A stretch of DNA of 64,000 nt from Actinomycetota bacterium (GCA_003598015.1 QZKE01000065.1:8280-72279), one strand, 5' to 3'; positions 27,756-36,243 are shown, counted from the first letter of the stretch. The notes: generated from the sequence alone by a model not told the origin. Numbers and translations are program-made.

Positions 27756-28406
27756 TCAAGAGTCGTTCCATTCCTCGAAAATACGTACCGCGTCTACGGC
27801 GTCCCTTCCCAGGGCATCCAGGCCGAACCTGTCGACCAGTTCCTGGGTGGTGCAGGCTCCGCCGATGGCGATCTTTACCTTGTCGCGCAAGCCGGCTTCG
27901 CGGATGGAATCGACGACCTCCCCGACGGAACCGATCATGGGCGTGATGAGTACGGACATGGCGATCAGGGACGCGCCACTCTGCTTCACGGTGTCGACGA
28001 CTTTGGATTCCGGCACGTCTACCCCCAGGTCGATTACCTTGAAGCCGGCCGCGGAAAGCATGGTACCGACGAGGTTCTTGCCGATGTCGTGGATATCCCC
28101 TTTTACAGTGAAAATGATCACCGGTCCTTTGCGCGAGGTGGCTTCCCCGGAGATCAACGGTTCGAGAACCGCCATCCCCTCCTTCATGGTCTCTCCCGCC
28201 AGAACGAGGTCGGCGAGGTAGTATTCCTCTGCCTGAAACAGCTCTCCGATCTCCTTCATGCCTTCCCCCAGACCCTTGAGGGCGATATCCAGGGGCGGCG
28301 TACCGGCATCAAGAGCCTCCCTGACCGTCTGCTGAATGTTTTCGATATCCAGTTCGATCAGCGTATGCCTGACCTTTTCGATGGCATCCACTCGCTCCAC
28401 CTCCAT
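27756..28406 (-). CDS. Cobalamin-binding corrinoid protein (methyltransferase-associated type, MtbC/MtaC-like)
   Basis: N-terminal helical cap plus a Rossmann B12 domain with DxHxxG (GDIHDIGKNLV), SxL (AMSVLIT) and GG (KIAIGGA) motifs. 216 aa. Confidence 0.88.
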   Translation of the reverse strand: MEVERVDAIEKVRHTLIELDIENIQQTVREALDAGTPPLDIALKGLGEGMKEIGELFQAEEYYLADLVLAGETMKEGMAVLEPLISGEATSRKGPVIIFTVKGDIHDIGKNLVGTMLSAAGFKVIDLGVDVPESKVVDTVKQSGASLIAMSVLITPMIGSVGEVVDSIREAGLRDKVKIAIGGACTTQELVDRFGLDALGRDAVDAVRIFEEWNDS

Positions 28407-28452
28407 GCTCGTATCACGTCCCTTCCGCGCTGGGAATCATTATAAACGAAAG

Positions 28453-28473
28453 GGTTCTTCCACAAGAAGTGTG
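28453..28473 (-). repeat. 21-bp palindromic motif copy (reads CACACTTCTTGTGGAAGAACC towards the corrinoid gene)
   Basis: 18/21 match to CACACTTCTCGGAGAAGAACC. Followed after 8 nt by a perfect TATAAT (28444-28439, minus strand). 47 nt upstream of the ATG at 28406. Confidence 0.6.
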
Positions 28474-28643
28474 AGTAAGTGATGGTGAGATTGACCCGGC
28501 AGCAAACCAGGCTTCTCGCGCAAGAAGAAATGAAATCCACCCCGCCTCAGGGGCGCATGTCCCGGACCCCGGCACCATGAGGCTGCATGCGCGACCGCGA
28601 TGCGGTTGAGGCGGATGAGGTTGCCTCTTTCAGGCCGGGGGGA

Positions 28644-29540
28644 TTATTCCGGAACCCGCGAGCCGTTGAGGAATTCGATGATGTATGAGTTCACCAACTC
28701 GGGCCGCTCCTGCTGTACCCAGTGGCTGCAGGAGGGGATGTACTTGATCTCCAGGGGTCCCTCGACCTCGTCGTGGAAATCATAGGTGAGTTCCTTCCCC
28801 AGGGCCTGGTCTTCCTCGCCCCAGATGACAAGGGTGGGGCAGCGCACCTTCGACGCTACGCCTCCACCCTGGCGGGGAGAGCGCAGGAACTGCCGGAAAG
28901 CGGCGCGGTAGTAATTGATGCCTCCCGTCAATGCTCCGGGTTTGGCGGCGGCTTCCTTGAACATGGCGATATCGTGGACGCTGAAAGCGCTCTTGTCGAT
29001 GGCCCAACCCAGGAAAGCCCTGGCGATAAGATCATAGTCGCGCGCGCGCATGACTGCCTCGGGTAGATAGGGAAGCTGGAAGAGGAACATGTAATAAGAG
29101 CGGCGCAACTGGGCACGGTTGTTCAAAAGATGGCGCATGAGTACGGCGGGGGGCGGGCAGTTGAGTATGATCAGGCGATCGACCATATGCGGGTAGAAGG
29201 CGGCGAAGGGCCAGGCAACACCACCTCCCCAGTCGTGGGCGACGATTATGGCGCTGGATTCGCCCAGATGATGTATAAGGCCCTGGATGTCTCCCATGAG
29301 CGCGTTCAAGCGGTAGTGTCCGGCGCCCACGGGTTTCTCACTCTGGTTATACCCGCGCATATCGGGTGCTACAACGCGGTAGCGTTCCGCCATGGCCGGT
29401 ATCTGGTGCCTCCACGAATACCAGAACTCCGGGAAGCCGTGGAGCATGAGCATAAGGGGACCTTCTCCTGCGGTCACGTAATGCAAGCGGATGTTGTTCA
29501 CATGGGCGTATGCGTGCTTCCAGGGCTCGTTCGCGTTCAT
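28644..29540 (-). CDS. Alpha/beta hydrolase (epoxide hydrolase / haloalkane dehalogenase-like fold)
   Basis: HGFPEFWYSWRHQ, nucleophile elbow VAHDWGG, and C-terminal SCSHWVQQERPELV (catalytic His). AAGGGGG RBS. Confidence 0.85.
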   Translation of the reverse strand: MNANEPWKHAYAHVNNIRLHYVTAGEGPLMLMLHGFPEFWYSWRHQIPAMAERYRVVAPDMRGYNQSEKPVGAGHYRLNALMGDIQGLIHHLGESSAIIVAHDWGGGVAWPFAAFYPHMVDRLIILNCPPPAVLMRHLLNNRAQLRRSYYMFLFQLPYLPEAVMRARDYDLIARAFLGWAIDKSAFSVHDIAMFKEAAAKPGALTGGINYYRAAFRQFLRSPRQGGGVASKVRCPTLVIWGEEDQALGKELTYDFHDEVEGPLEIKYIPSCSHWVQQERPELVNSYIIEFLNGSRVPE

Positions 29541-29585
29541 TACAACCCCCTTCTCTCACGGAAAGGTTGAACCGTTATAAAGATA

Positions 29586-29606
29586 GCCTCTTCTCCGAGA
29601 AGCGTG
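29586..29606 (-). repeat. 21-bp palindromic motif copy (reads CACGCTTCTCGGAGAAGAGGC towards the hydrolase gene)
   Basis: 18/21 match to the consensus. TATAAC (29579-29574, minus strand) lies 6 nt downstream. 46 nt upstream of the ATG at 29540. Confidence 0.6.
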
Positions 29607-30010
29607 AGTTGGCTTCGGAGTCTTGGAGGGCCAGGTCTTGCATCCTGAATTCTGGAGAAACGGCCGGCATGGAACGGTCAGATGGCAGAAGTACAGGATT
29701 CAACTTCTGACCCACCCCTATTTGTTCCAGTCTCACCACTCGCATTTCTCGCAATATTCATGCCTTCGCACATGACCATCATACATTCTATATCACGAAG
29801 CCTCGGCCCGGGTATGACGGGGAGCAGTGCGTTGGCGGGAGCAGTAAACGATCGGAGGTGGCTGAAATACTCCCGGGGATGCGCCCGTGTTGGGGCCGGC
29901 AACGTCACGGGAACGTCCGCCCTGCGCGCTCGCTAAGGCGGAGGGGACCAGCAGCACGGGAGGTATAATCAAAACGAGCATAACGCTGAAGCGGCGAGAG
30001 GGCGACTGTA

Positions 30011-31330
30011 ATGCGTAGAGATACGGAGAGACCGGGGATAGAGGAGCTGGAGGCCGACATCGTCGCACCTCCCGCCGTTATAACGGGTCGGGCGATGCCG
30101 GGTAGCGGAGTACTCTCGGCCTTCCGATACCGCGATTTCAGCGTCCTGTGGTCCGGCGCTTTCGTCTCCAACCTGGGGACCTGGATCCATACCACGGCTT
30201 TGCTATGGTTCGTCAAGGAGCTGACGGATTCCAATGCCTGGGTTGGCGCGGTGAACTTGGCCAGCTATCTGCCGGTATTCCTCCTAGTGCTGTGGGCGGG
30301 ATCGCTGGCTGATCGCCTGGACCGCAAGAAGCTCATCATCGCCACTCAGGCGGTGATGATGCTGGGAGCTTTCGTACTGGCGATATGCGTAGGGGCGGGA
30401 TGGACGTCGATGGCCTTGATCATGGTCATCACCGCGGTCATGGGAGTGGCCTTCGTATTCAACTTTCCGGCATGGCGAGCAATAATCCCCGACCTTGTAT
30501 CCCAGGAGGATATGCTGAATGGCATCGCCCTGGATGCGGCGCAGTTCAACCTGGCACGCAGTGTCGGACCCCTGCTGGGTTCCCTGATCGTCGGCATCTG
30601 GAGCGTAGAGGTTGCCTTCTACGTGAACGCAGTCAGTTTCCTCGCGGTTATCGTGGCCCTCTTCATGGTCAGGACGCGAACTCCGGCTTCTTCCCAGCGG
30701 TATGGAACGTGGAAACATGTCACGCAAGGCGTCGTATACGCGCTGGGACAGCACTGGTCCAGGAACCTGCTGGCGGTGCTGAGCGTGATCTCCTTCTTCG
30801 GGCTTTCCTTCCTGGTTCTACTTCCCGGTGTATCCAAGGACGTGCTCGGGCGCGGGTCGCTCGGATACGGTGTGCTGTTGGGGGCGGTGGGGGTCGGGGC
30901 AGTTATCGGAGCACCCCTCGTTACCCTGCTGCGCAGACGTATCCCGGAACGCACCATTATAAGGTATACGACCCTCGGCTTCGGTCTCAGCCTGCTGGCT
31001 GTATCTTTCTGCCGCGACCTCTGGCTCTGCCTTATCCTGACCACGGGCACCGGCATATGCGGGCTCATGCTGAGCGCAACCGTGAACACGGTGATGCAGG
31101 CGAGGGTCGAACGTGAGATGAGGGGGCGCATGATGAGCCTCTATATCCTGGTCTTCCAGGGTATATTCCCCATCGGGGGATTGTTCCTGGGGTTGATCTC
31201 GGATTTGCGCTCGGTGCCGTTCGCCATGTGCATGGGCGGGATCGCATGTTCGCTTGCGGGTTTTCTGCTCATCCTCTTCCCCGCGTTCTTGAGGGATGCC
31301 GTTTCCAGCACGGAATCCGCGTTAATGTGA
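30011..31330 (+). CDS. MFS transporter (MFS_3 / enterobactin-exporter-like)
   Basis: About 12 TM segments. N-terminal FRYRDFSVLWSGAFVSNLGTW and GSLADRLDRKKL are typical of this MFS subfamily. ATG 30095 is an alternative start. Confidence 0.85.
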   Translation: MRRDTERPGIEELEADIVAPPAVITGRAMPGSGVLSAFRYRDFSVLWSGAFVSNLGTWIHTTALLWFVKELTDSNAWVGAVNLASYLPVFLLVLWAGSLADRLDRKKLIIATQAVMMLGAFVLAICVGAGWTSMALIMVITAVMGVAFVFNFPAWRAIIPDLVSQEDMLNGIALDAAQFNLARSVGPLLGSLIVGIWSVEVAFYVNAVSFLAVIVALFMVRTRTPASSQRYGTWKHVTQGVVYALGQHWSRNLLAVLSVISFFGLSFLVLLPGVSKDVLGRGSLGYGVLLGAVGVGAVIGAPLVTLLRRRIPERTIIRYTTLGFGLSLLAVSFCRDLWLCLILTTGTGICGLMLSATVNTVMQARVEREMRGRMMSLYILVFQGIFPIGGLFLGLISDLRSVPFAMCMGGIACSLAGFLLILFPAFLRDAVSSTESALM

Positions 31331-31514
31331 TCACCGGACTGCATTGCGCGTGGTTTGCCCAGCATGAGAAGGCCATGAAAAAGCGGGCGCATGACAACGA
31401 TTCGTCATGACGGAAAAATATGCGGCTGCGGCGAAACGCGGCGGGATATGATAGCCTTTGCGAGTAGGGAGGATACGGGAACTACGATCCGGGCCGGCGC
31501 ACGGAGGATCAAGC

Positions 31515-31997
31515 ATGAGCGATGATGAAATGCCACGGGTTGAATTGAAGACGGCGGTGGAGCCTCCACTCGGGATCAATACCTATCAGGCCATACCGGA
31601 GATGGTGGAATTCCATCGCCTTGGCCCGATACCGCTCAGCACCCGGACCCTGGCACTGGGGCGTATGCTGCTGAGTCTGGACGGCGATGGTGGTGAGGTC
31701 GTGGGCCTGCAGTCGTATGTCAAGACGGGTAGATGGAAGAGCGAGCAGGAGCCTCTGCCCGCGGTCGACGCCGCAGGCTGTCTGGTCATCCTGCTTCCAA
31801 GCGGAGTGGATGACCCCGTCTTCATAGCCGCGGAACCTGGCTTTGCGTGGCACGAGGATAGCCGCTTTCTGCGTATCTCTCTGGGTGGAGAAACGGCCCT
31901 GGTCTTCCAGGTAGCGAGCTGCCTCCTGGCAGGGGTGGACCGCGCGGGACGCCTCACCGATATCTGGATGTTGGATCTCGACCTGAGTCTCGAATAG
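31515..31997 (+). CDS. Hypothetical protein
   Basis: ATG 31515 follows a GGAGGA RBS (the track start 31458 lies upstream of it). 160 aa, no recognisable motif. Confidence 0.5.
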   Translation: MSDDEMPRVELKTAVEPPLGINTYQAIPEMVEFHRLGPIPLSTRTLALGRMLLSLDGDGGEVVGLQSYVKTGRWKSEQEPLPAVDAAGCLVILLPSGVDDPVFIAAEPGFAWHEDSRFLRISLGGETALVFQVASCLLAGVDRAGRLTDIWMLDLDLSLE

Positions 31998-32339
31998 ATA
32001 TCCGCCCCCTGGCCGGTAAATTCACGGATAACCTGCTTCTCCTGTCGCTCCTGGTGCTCCGGCCCTCACCCAGGAGAAAGGCGGCTCCCACGCCGCCCTC
32101 ACCGGCAGGTCTCCCCATTGCCACTAAGATGATATCGCCCGCCGTCTCGACGTGTACGTCGCCGAGGGCCGAAAGCCAGAGCGCTCAATCCATCGCTTCG
32201 GAGTGACCGCCGGCAGGCATATTCCCGATTCAGCCGACATCAGGATACCGGGAAGGAACGCATGCGCGGATAAACGAAATCTATAGTAGGAATATGCTGA
32301 GCCGTGCCCTCCGGCGGTTAACCTTAAGTGGGGAGGTAG

Positions 32340-33404
32340 ATGCGGATGAAGATTTGCCGGGAGTGCGGCGTGCCCTACGCCGTAAGCAAGGAGCTTGTAT
32401 GGCACGAGAACGGGGTGATCACTCAGACCAGGGATCCCGATCATCGCATGATCTTCTACGAGTCGGATAACCTCGACAACCTTTTTATGGGCATAGAGGA
32501 GATAATCGGCGTGCCCATCGAGCACATCATTATCGAGAGCAAAAGGCGGGAAGTAAAGGAATACGTGGAGAGGCTTCTTCCGGCCCCCGTGCGCAAAGCC
32601 GCACGCTACGGGGGCATGGGCATGATGATACGCAAGCTGAGCAACGTGGGCAGGGCTTACGGCTACGGTAACGTGCGCATGGCCGACAGGAAGATCCGCA
32701 GGAGGAACGATGACTACGTAACCAGGGTCATCGACAACCCCCATGCGATACTCTTCTATTGCGGAGAGAACCTCGGGGCATGGGAGGCGATAGACGGGAG
32801 GGATAGCCGCGTCAGGTATGAGGAGATAACCGCGAACACCTTCGAGGTTACGAACTACATAGGAAAGCATCCCATAGAATTGCACGAACGACTGCGTACT
32901 CCCACCTATGCCCGCAAGCAAGGGGATATATTCTTCGAAAGATGCCCGTTCTGCCGCGTACCCCTTGACGTGGCATCCTGCAAGTGGAACCCGGAACTGG
33001 GGACTATTAACGACCCTTCCACCGGCAGGAGGATGGCGATATTCGGCCCCGCGGGTTTTGAGGCCGTCCTGGACGACCTGGAGGTCGAACTGGGGGCGGC
33101 CATACCCGAGACGGTTATCGAGGCTCAGAGACGCTACATCGTGAAGTCCCTGTCGCCACAGGATCTGGGCAAGGGCAAAGACGCTTTCCGCAGGATGTTC
33201 GCCTTGCGCGGCTTGGGCAACCTCGTGAACCTGGAGGTGTCGGAAGGTGGCATCTCGGCGACCATAGAGAACTCCTGCCTGCCCTTACTCATGGTGGGAG
33301 TGATGCAGGGTGCATGCGAGTCGCTGTTCGCCCACGAGAAGACGGGTTACGAGTGGGAGGCGCGGCAGGATGGCGACCTCAACATATCCATCTACAGGCG
33401 CTAG
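32340..33404 (+). CDS. Uncharacterised tandem CxxC / V4R-like domain protein, paralogue 1
   Basis: Two internal repeats start at CRECGVPYAVSKELVWHENGVI and CPFCRVPLDVASCKWNPELGTI. The C-terminus IENSCLPLLMVGVMQGACESLFAHEKTGYEWEARQDGDLNISIY resembles a V4R-type ligand-binding domain. RBS GGGGAGG. Paralogous to 40032-41102 and 54040-55188. Confidence 0.7.
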   Translation: MRMKICRECGVPYAVSKELVWHENGVITQTRDPDHRMIFYESDNLDNLFMGIEEIIGVPIEHIIIESKRREVKEYVERLLPAPVRKAARYGGMGMMIRKLSNVGRAYGYGNVRMADRKIRRRNDDYVTRVIDNPHAILFYCGENLGAWEAIDGRDSRVRYEEITANTFEVTNYIGKHPIELHERLRTPTYARKQGDIFFERCPFCRVPLDVASCKWNPELGTINDPSTGRRMAIFGPAGFEAVLDDLEVELGAAIPETVIEAQRRYIVKSLSPQDLGKGKDAFRRMFALRGLGNLVNLEVSEGGISATIENSCLPLLMVGVMQGACESLFAHEKTGYEWEARQDGDLNISIYRR

Positions 33405-33450
33405 GCGGACGTACCGGCAGTAGTAACCCGCGCCTACCCGTCGAGCAATT

Positions 33451-34971
33451 TCAATTTATGAACTGGGCTTTCAGCTCTTTTTTCAGAATCTTTCCTGTCG
33501 CCGTACGTGGCAGGGCCTCGACGAAAGCGACTTTCTTGGGTATCTTGTACTTGGCAAGCCGGCCCTTACAGAAGTCTATTACCTCCTGCTCGCTTACCTC
33601 GATTCCGGGAGCGGGAACCACGACCGCCAGCCCCACCTCTCCCCATTTTTCGTCCGGGACACCGATCACGCCGGCATCGGCGATCTTTTCGCAGGCCATG
33701 AGCACGTCTTCCACCTCGGCGGGATATACGTTTTCGCCGCCGCTGATGTACATATCCTTACGCCGATCTACAAGATAGAGATATCCTTCGTCGTCGATGT
33801 AACCCATATCGCCCGTATGCAGCCATCCGTCCGTTATGGACTCGGCTGTGGCCTCGGGAAGCTGCCAGTAGTCCCGGATAACGTTGGGACCCTTTACCCA
33901 TACCTCTCCCATCTCGCCCCGGGGCAGGTCGTTCCCTTCCACATCCATTATGCGGATATCGGTATGAAAGACGGGCTTCCCGCATGAGCCCAATTTGCGC
34001 AGGGCATCCTCGGTGCGCAGCGCGGTGATGGCGGTGGCCGTTTCGGTCATGCCGTAGCCCTGGTTAAAAGTGATGCCGTGTTTGAGCCAGGTCTCGATGA
34101 GAGGCCGTGGGCAGGGGGCGCCACCGGCGATGAAGAAGCGCACGCTGGAGTAATCGGTACTGTCGAATTCCGGCACCTGGGTCATGAGCAGAAACATCAC
34201 GGGAATACCGAACATGAAAGTTACCTTCGCTTCCTCGATGATCTTGAGCGACTCCACGGGGTTGAAAAAGCGCTGGATCACAACGCGAGCGCCCACATAT
34301 AGAGCGGGAAAAGCGGAAACGGCAAGGCCGCCTATATGAAAGAGCGGGGCACTGGCGATACTGGCGTCAGAGGAATCGAAAGCGTACATGTTTATGGAGT
34401 TGATGGCGTTCCACTGCGTGTTACCGTGGAGTATGGCCGCCCCTTTCGGTTTGCCGGTGGTGCCGGAGGTATACATAATGAACTGGACGTCGTCGAGGGT
34501 GACCTCCGCATCGGGTACCGGTTCCTCCTCCGATCGCCCGGCCACCCACTGCTCATACAGAGGATCGGAAGAATCGCCTCCTTCGAGCTCGCGGATATAC
34601 TGACGCATGGAGGGGATTTTCCCCCTGAGGGCTTCGGCGGTCTCGGCGAACTCAGGCGAGTAGATGAGCCCGATGGGGCTGGAATCGTTGAGGATATACT
34701 CCAGCTCCGGCGGCGCCAAGCGGAAATTGAGGGGAACCATTATCCCGCCGAGTTTACTCATGGCCAGGAGCACCTCCAGGAAGACATTGGTGTTGGCGAG
34801 AAGCGCCGCGAAGCGCGTTCCCTTTCTCACCCCCAACTCCTGCAGGGCATGGGCGAGGCGGTTTATCCTGGTGTTGAACTCCCCTTTGCTCAGCGAGAGG
34901 TCCCCATATTCTATATAGGGTTCGTCGGGATAGCGCGCCGCCCAGCGTGCGGGCCATTCACCTACGTTCAT
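33451..34971 (-). CDS. AMP-dependent acyl-CoA synthetase/ligase
   Basis: AMP-binding motif YTSGTTGKPKGA, plus GYGMTE, TGDMGYIDDEGYLYLVDRRKD and LPRTATGKILK. ATG 34971 is preceded by AAAGGAGG at 7 nt; the track start 35013 is less likely. Confidence 0.92.
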   Translation of the reverse strand: MNVGEWPARWAARYPDEPYIEYGDLSLSKGEFNTRINRLAHALQELGVRKGTRFAALLANTNVFLEVLLAMSKLGGIMVPLNFRLAPPELEYILNDSSPIGLIYSPEFAETAEALRGKIPSMRQYIRELEGGDSSDPLYEQWVAGRSEEEPVPDAEVTLDDVQFIMYTSGTTGKPKGAAILHGNTQWNAINSINMYAFDSSDASIASAPLFHIGGLAVSAFPALYVGARVVIQRFFNPVESLKIIEEAKVTFMFGIPVMFLLMTQVPEFDSTDYSSVRFFIAGGAPCPRPLIETWLKHGITFNQGYGMTETATAITALRTEDALRKLGSCGKPVFHTDIRIMDVEGNDLPRGEMGEVWVKGPNVIRDYWQLPEATAESITDGWLHTGDMGYIDDEGYLYLVDRRKDMYISGGENVYPAEVEDVLMACEKIADAGVIGVPDEKWGEVGLAVVVPAPGIEVSEQEVIDFCKGRLAKYKIPKKVAFVEALPRTATGKILKKELKAQFIN

Positions 34972-35118
34972 GATCGTACCTCCTTTGTGATTCGTCTGAC
35001 CGCCCGGCATCATGCAGGAAAGCTCTCTCCGGGCGGTCCGGACCGACGTTCACTGTTTCCTCGCAGCATCCCCTCCTCGAGTGAGAAACCCGACCCCAAC
35101 TCCACCATATTATCCACC

Positions 35119-35139
35119 CACACTTCTCGGAGAAGAACC
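35119..35139 (+). repeat. 21-bp palindromic motif copy (consensus CACACTTCTCGGAGAAGAACC)
   Basis: Perfect copy between the ligase start (34971) and the arsC-like stop (35227). Flanked by AT-rich hexamers on both sides (TAATAT on the minus strand at 35112-35107; TATATT on the plus strand at 35143-35148). Confidence 0.6.
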
Positions 35140-35226
35140 AAATATATTATTTACCGCCGGCGTAGAATTGAAACGCCATCCTGCAACTCGTAACTCAACC
35201 CCGAAAGGCGTTGTCTCGGCGGAGGT

Positions 35227-35616
35227 TCAGCCTTCGAGTTCACGCACGAGCTCCGCGACCATGGAGGCAATCCTGTCCCTGGTCTCCCTCATCGTGGCCA
35301 TATCTCGCCGGCCGGGGTCGTCTATGAGCCATTCCTCCAGACGGTCTCTGGCGGGGAAGACACTCTTGACTATGCAGCCGAAAGAGATGATGCGGCGGAA
35401 TCCCTGCAGGCTGGATAGATAGAGCGGCTTCGGGACCGCCAGCGAGATGTCTATCCCCACTTCCGCCATGGCCTCGACGGCGAGAGGATTTACGGCCGCT
35501 GCGGGATGCGTGCCAGCGCTCTCCGCTATCCAGGCGTCCGCCAAGCGGTTGAAGAACGCCTCGGCTATCTGGCTGCGCGCGGCATTCTCGCCACATACGA
35601 AGAGTATCTTATCCAT
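35227..35616 (-). CDS. Low-molecular-weight phosphatase-fold protein, arsenate reductase (ArsC, thioredoxin-coupled type)-like
   Basis: MDKILFVCGENAARSQIAEAFFN (CX5R P-loop)...ESAGTHP...NPLAVEAMAEVGIDIS...ISFGC. The track TTG start at 35625 is less likely than ATG 35616. Confidence 0.8.
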   Translation of the reverse strand: MDKILFVCGENAARSQIAEAFFNRLADAWIAESAGTHPAAAVNPLAVEAMAEVGIDISLAVPKPLYLSSLQGFRRIISFGCIVKSVFPARDRLEEWLIDDPGRRDMATMRETRDRIASMVAELVRELEG

Positions 35617-35637
35617 GCGCCCCAAGCCTTTGCGTTA

Positions 35638-35658
35638 GGTTCTTCTCCGAGAAGTGTG
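35638..35658 (-). repeat. 21-bp motif copy = left TIR of the MITE-like element (faces the arsC-like gene)
   Basis: Reverse complement is CACACTTCTCGGAGAAGAACC (21/21). 22 nt upstream of ATG 35616. Confidence 0.6.
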
Positions 35659-35850
35659 GGTAGAGACTAGTGAGCAACATCGTCAGGCATAGGGGTCGGC
35701 CCTGGACTTATGCCTGACCCATATGTCCAGCATATATGAATGGGGATTTGAGTGGCGCCACACTTCTTTCCTCCTGCTCCTCCTGGCTGTTTCAGGCATA
35801 AGTCCAGGGCCGACCCCTATGCCTGACGCCCACACTCCTCGGAGAAGAAC
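35638..35850. mobile_element. MITE-like non-autonomous element (213 bp) with 22-bp TIRs and a 9-bp flanking direct repeat
   Basis: Left end GGTTCTTCTCCGAGAAGTGTGGG and right end CCCACACTCCTCGGAGAAGAAC match at 21/22 as inverted repeats. Perfect 36-37-nt subterminal inverted repeats lie at 35682-35718 and 35792-35827. TTTGCGTTA is present at 35629-35637 and again at 35851-35859. Confidence 0.6.
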
Positions 35851-35851
35851 T
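35831..35851 (+). repeat. 21-bp motif copy = right TIR of the MITE-like element (faces the His-rich gene)
   Basis: CACACTCCTCGGAGAAGAACT (19/21). 54 nt upstream of ATG 35905. Confidence 0.6.
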
Positions 35852-35904
35852 TTGCGTTATCGCCACGACTACCTGGGTTCAAGGCAATATTATATACTCA
35901 TCTC

Positions 35905-36243
35905 ATGAGTTATCATGAAGACAGATCGCCCTTGCTGCTGAAGGTGGCCTTGCGCCAGGCCCTACGGCGCATGCAGGGCGAGGCCGATGCTTTTTCGCAG
36001 TATGAAGCCCTGGCCGGCAACCTGGGCTGGGAGGAAGTCGCAGATGCGGCGGCCGCCACGAGGAAAGCCCTGGCGGATGCGGTCGAGGGGGTGGCCGATG
36101 CCATCGAGGCGACCGTCAAGATCCAGGCCGCCGCCACCCACGAGCACCCTGAAGGGCACGAGCACCCTGAAGGGCACGAGCACGAGCACGGCCATGCTCA
36201 CAGCCATCCCCACGCACATCCCCACGACCACGAACATACCTAA
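35905..36243 (+). CDS. Histidine-rich hypothetical protein (putative metal-binding)
   Basis: 112 aa, alpha-helical N-part and the C-terminus THEHPEGHEHPEGHEHEHGHAHSHPHAHPHDHEHT. TATACT at 35893-35898 lies 6 nt before the ATG, suggesting a leaderless mRNA. Confidence 0.65.
   Translation: MSYHEDRSPLLLKVALRQALRRMQGEADAFSQYEALAGNLGWEEVADAAAATRKALADAVEGVADAIEATVKIQAAATHEHPEGHEHPEGHEHEHGHAHSHPHAHPHDHEHT
36139..36186 (+). repeat. 18-bp in-frame tandem repeat (CACGAGCACCCTGAAGGG x2 plus partial copies)
   Basis: Identical copies at 36139-36156 and 36157-36174 encode HEHPEG HEHPEG. Degenerate CACGAGCAC units follow. Confidence 0.85.

Noticed and set aside
27744-28445. 233-aa plus-strand ORF covering the corrinoid-protein locus
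   Set aside because: It is the exact antisense of a gene with clear B12-binding motifs (DxHxxG, SxL, GG). The plus-strand translation has no motifs and would run through the hairpin terminator region.
28510-28535. Additional degenerate palindromes related to the 21-bp motif: GGCTTCTCGCGCAAGAAGAAA (about 28512-28532), TCCTCGAGTGAGAAACC (about 35065-35085) and GGCTTCTCCAGCCAGCCGAAGAAGCC (about 39975-40003)
   Set aside because: Each has too many mismatches or altered spacing to be called a copy with confidence by eye. They are mentioned only as candidates for a matrix-based search.
27756-29540. Pyrrolysine-type methylamine methyltransferase next to the corrinoid protein
   Set aside because: The adjacent ORF is an uninterrupted alpha/beta hydrolase with an HGxP/DWGG/His triad pattern. 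No TAG-interrupted MttB/MtbB/MtmB-like frame is visible nearby.
29607-30010. Long divergent spacer between the hydrolase and MFS genes, with small ORFs 29682..29936 (+) and 29678..29908 (-)
   Set aside because: The small ORFs overlap each other on opposite strands and lack RBSs and motifs. The region is better explained as two divergent promoter regions: motif copy plus TATAAC on one side, and GGTATAAT at about 29962-29969 on the other.
31998-32339. 342-nt gap lacking ORFs, considered as a pseudogene remnant or ncRNA
   Set aside because: No frame gives a recognisable protein fragment, and I could not identify a conserved RNA fold or repeat. It most likely holds the promoter/5' region of paralogue 1, with TATAGT at about 32283-32288.
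35012-35422. 136-aa plus-strand ORF downstream of motif copy 35119-35139, which could have explained the motif's orientation
   Set aside because: It overlaps the arsC-like gene in antisense, has no RBS, and is Pro/Ser/Arg-rich. The motif copy is more likely associated with the ligase promoter in the opposite orientation, or is a solo repeat.
36139-36190. Possible CRISPR-like or noncoding tandem repeats (also 52646-52693)
   Set aside because: Both repeat sets are short, in-frame and inside convincing ORFs (the His-rich tail and the ACAD Lys/Glu insertion). There is no repeat-spacer periodicity and no cas genes anywhere in the window.
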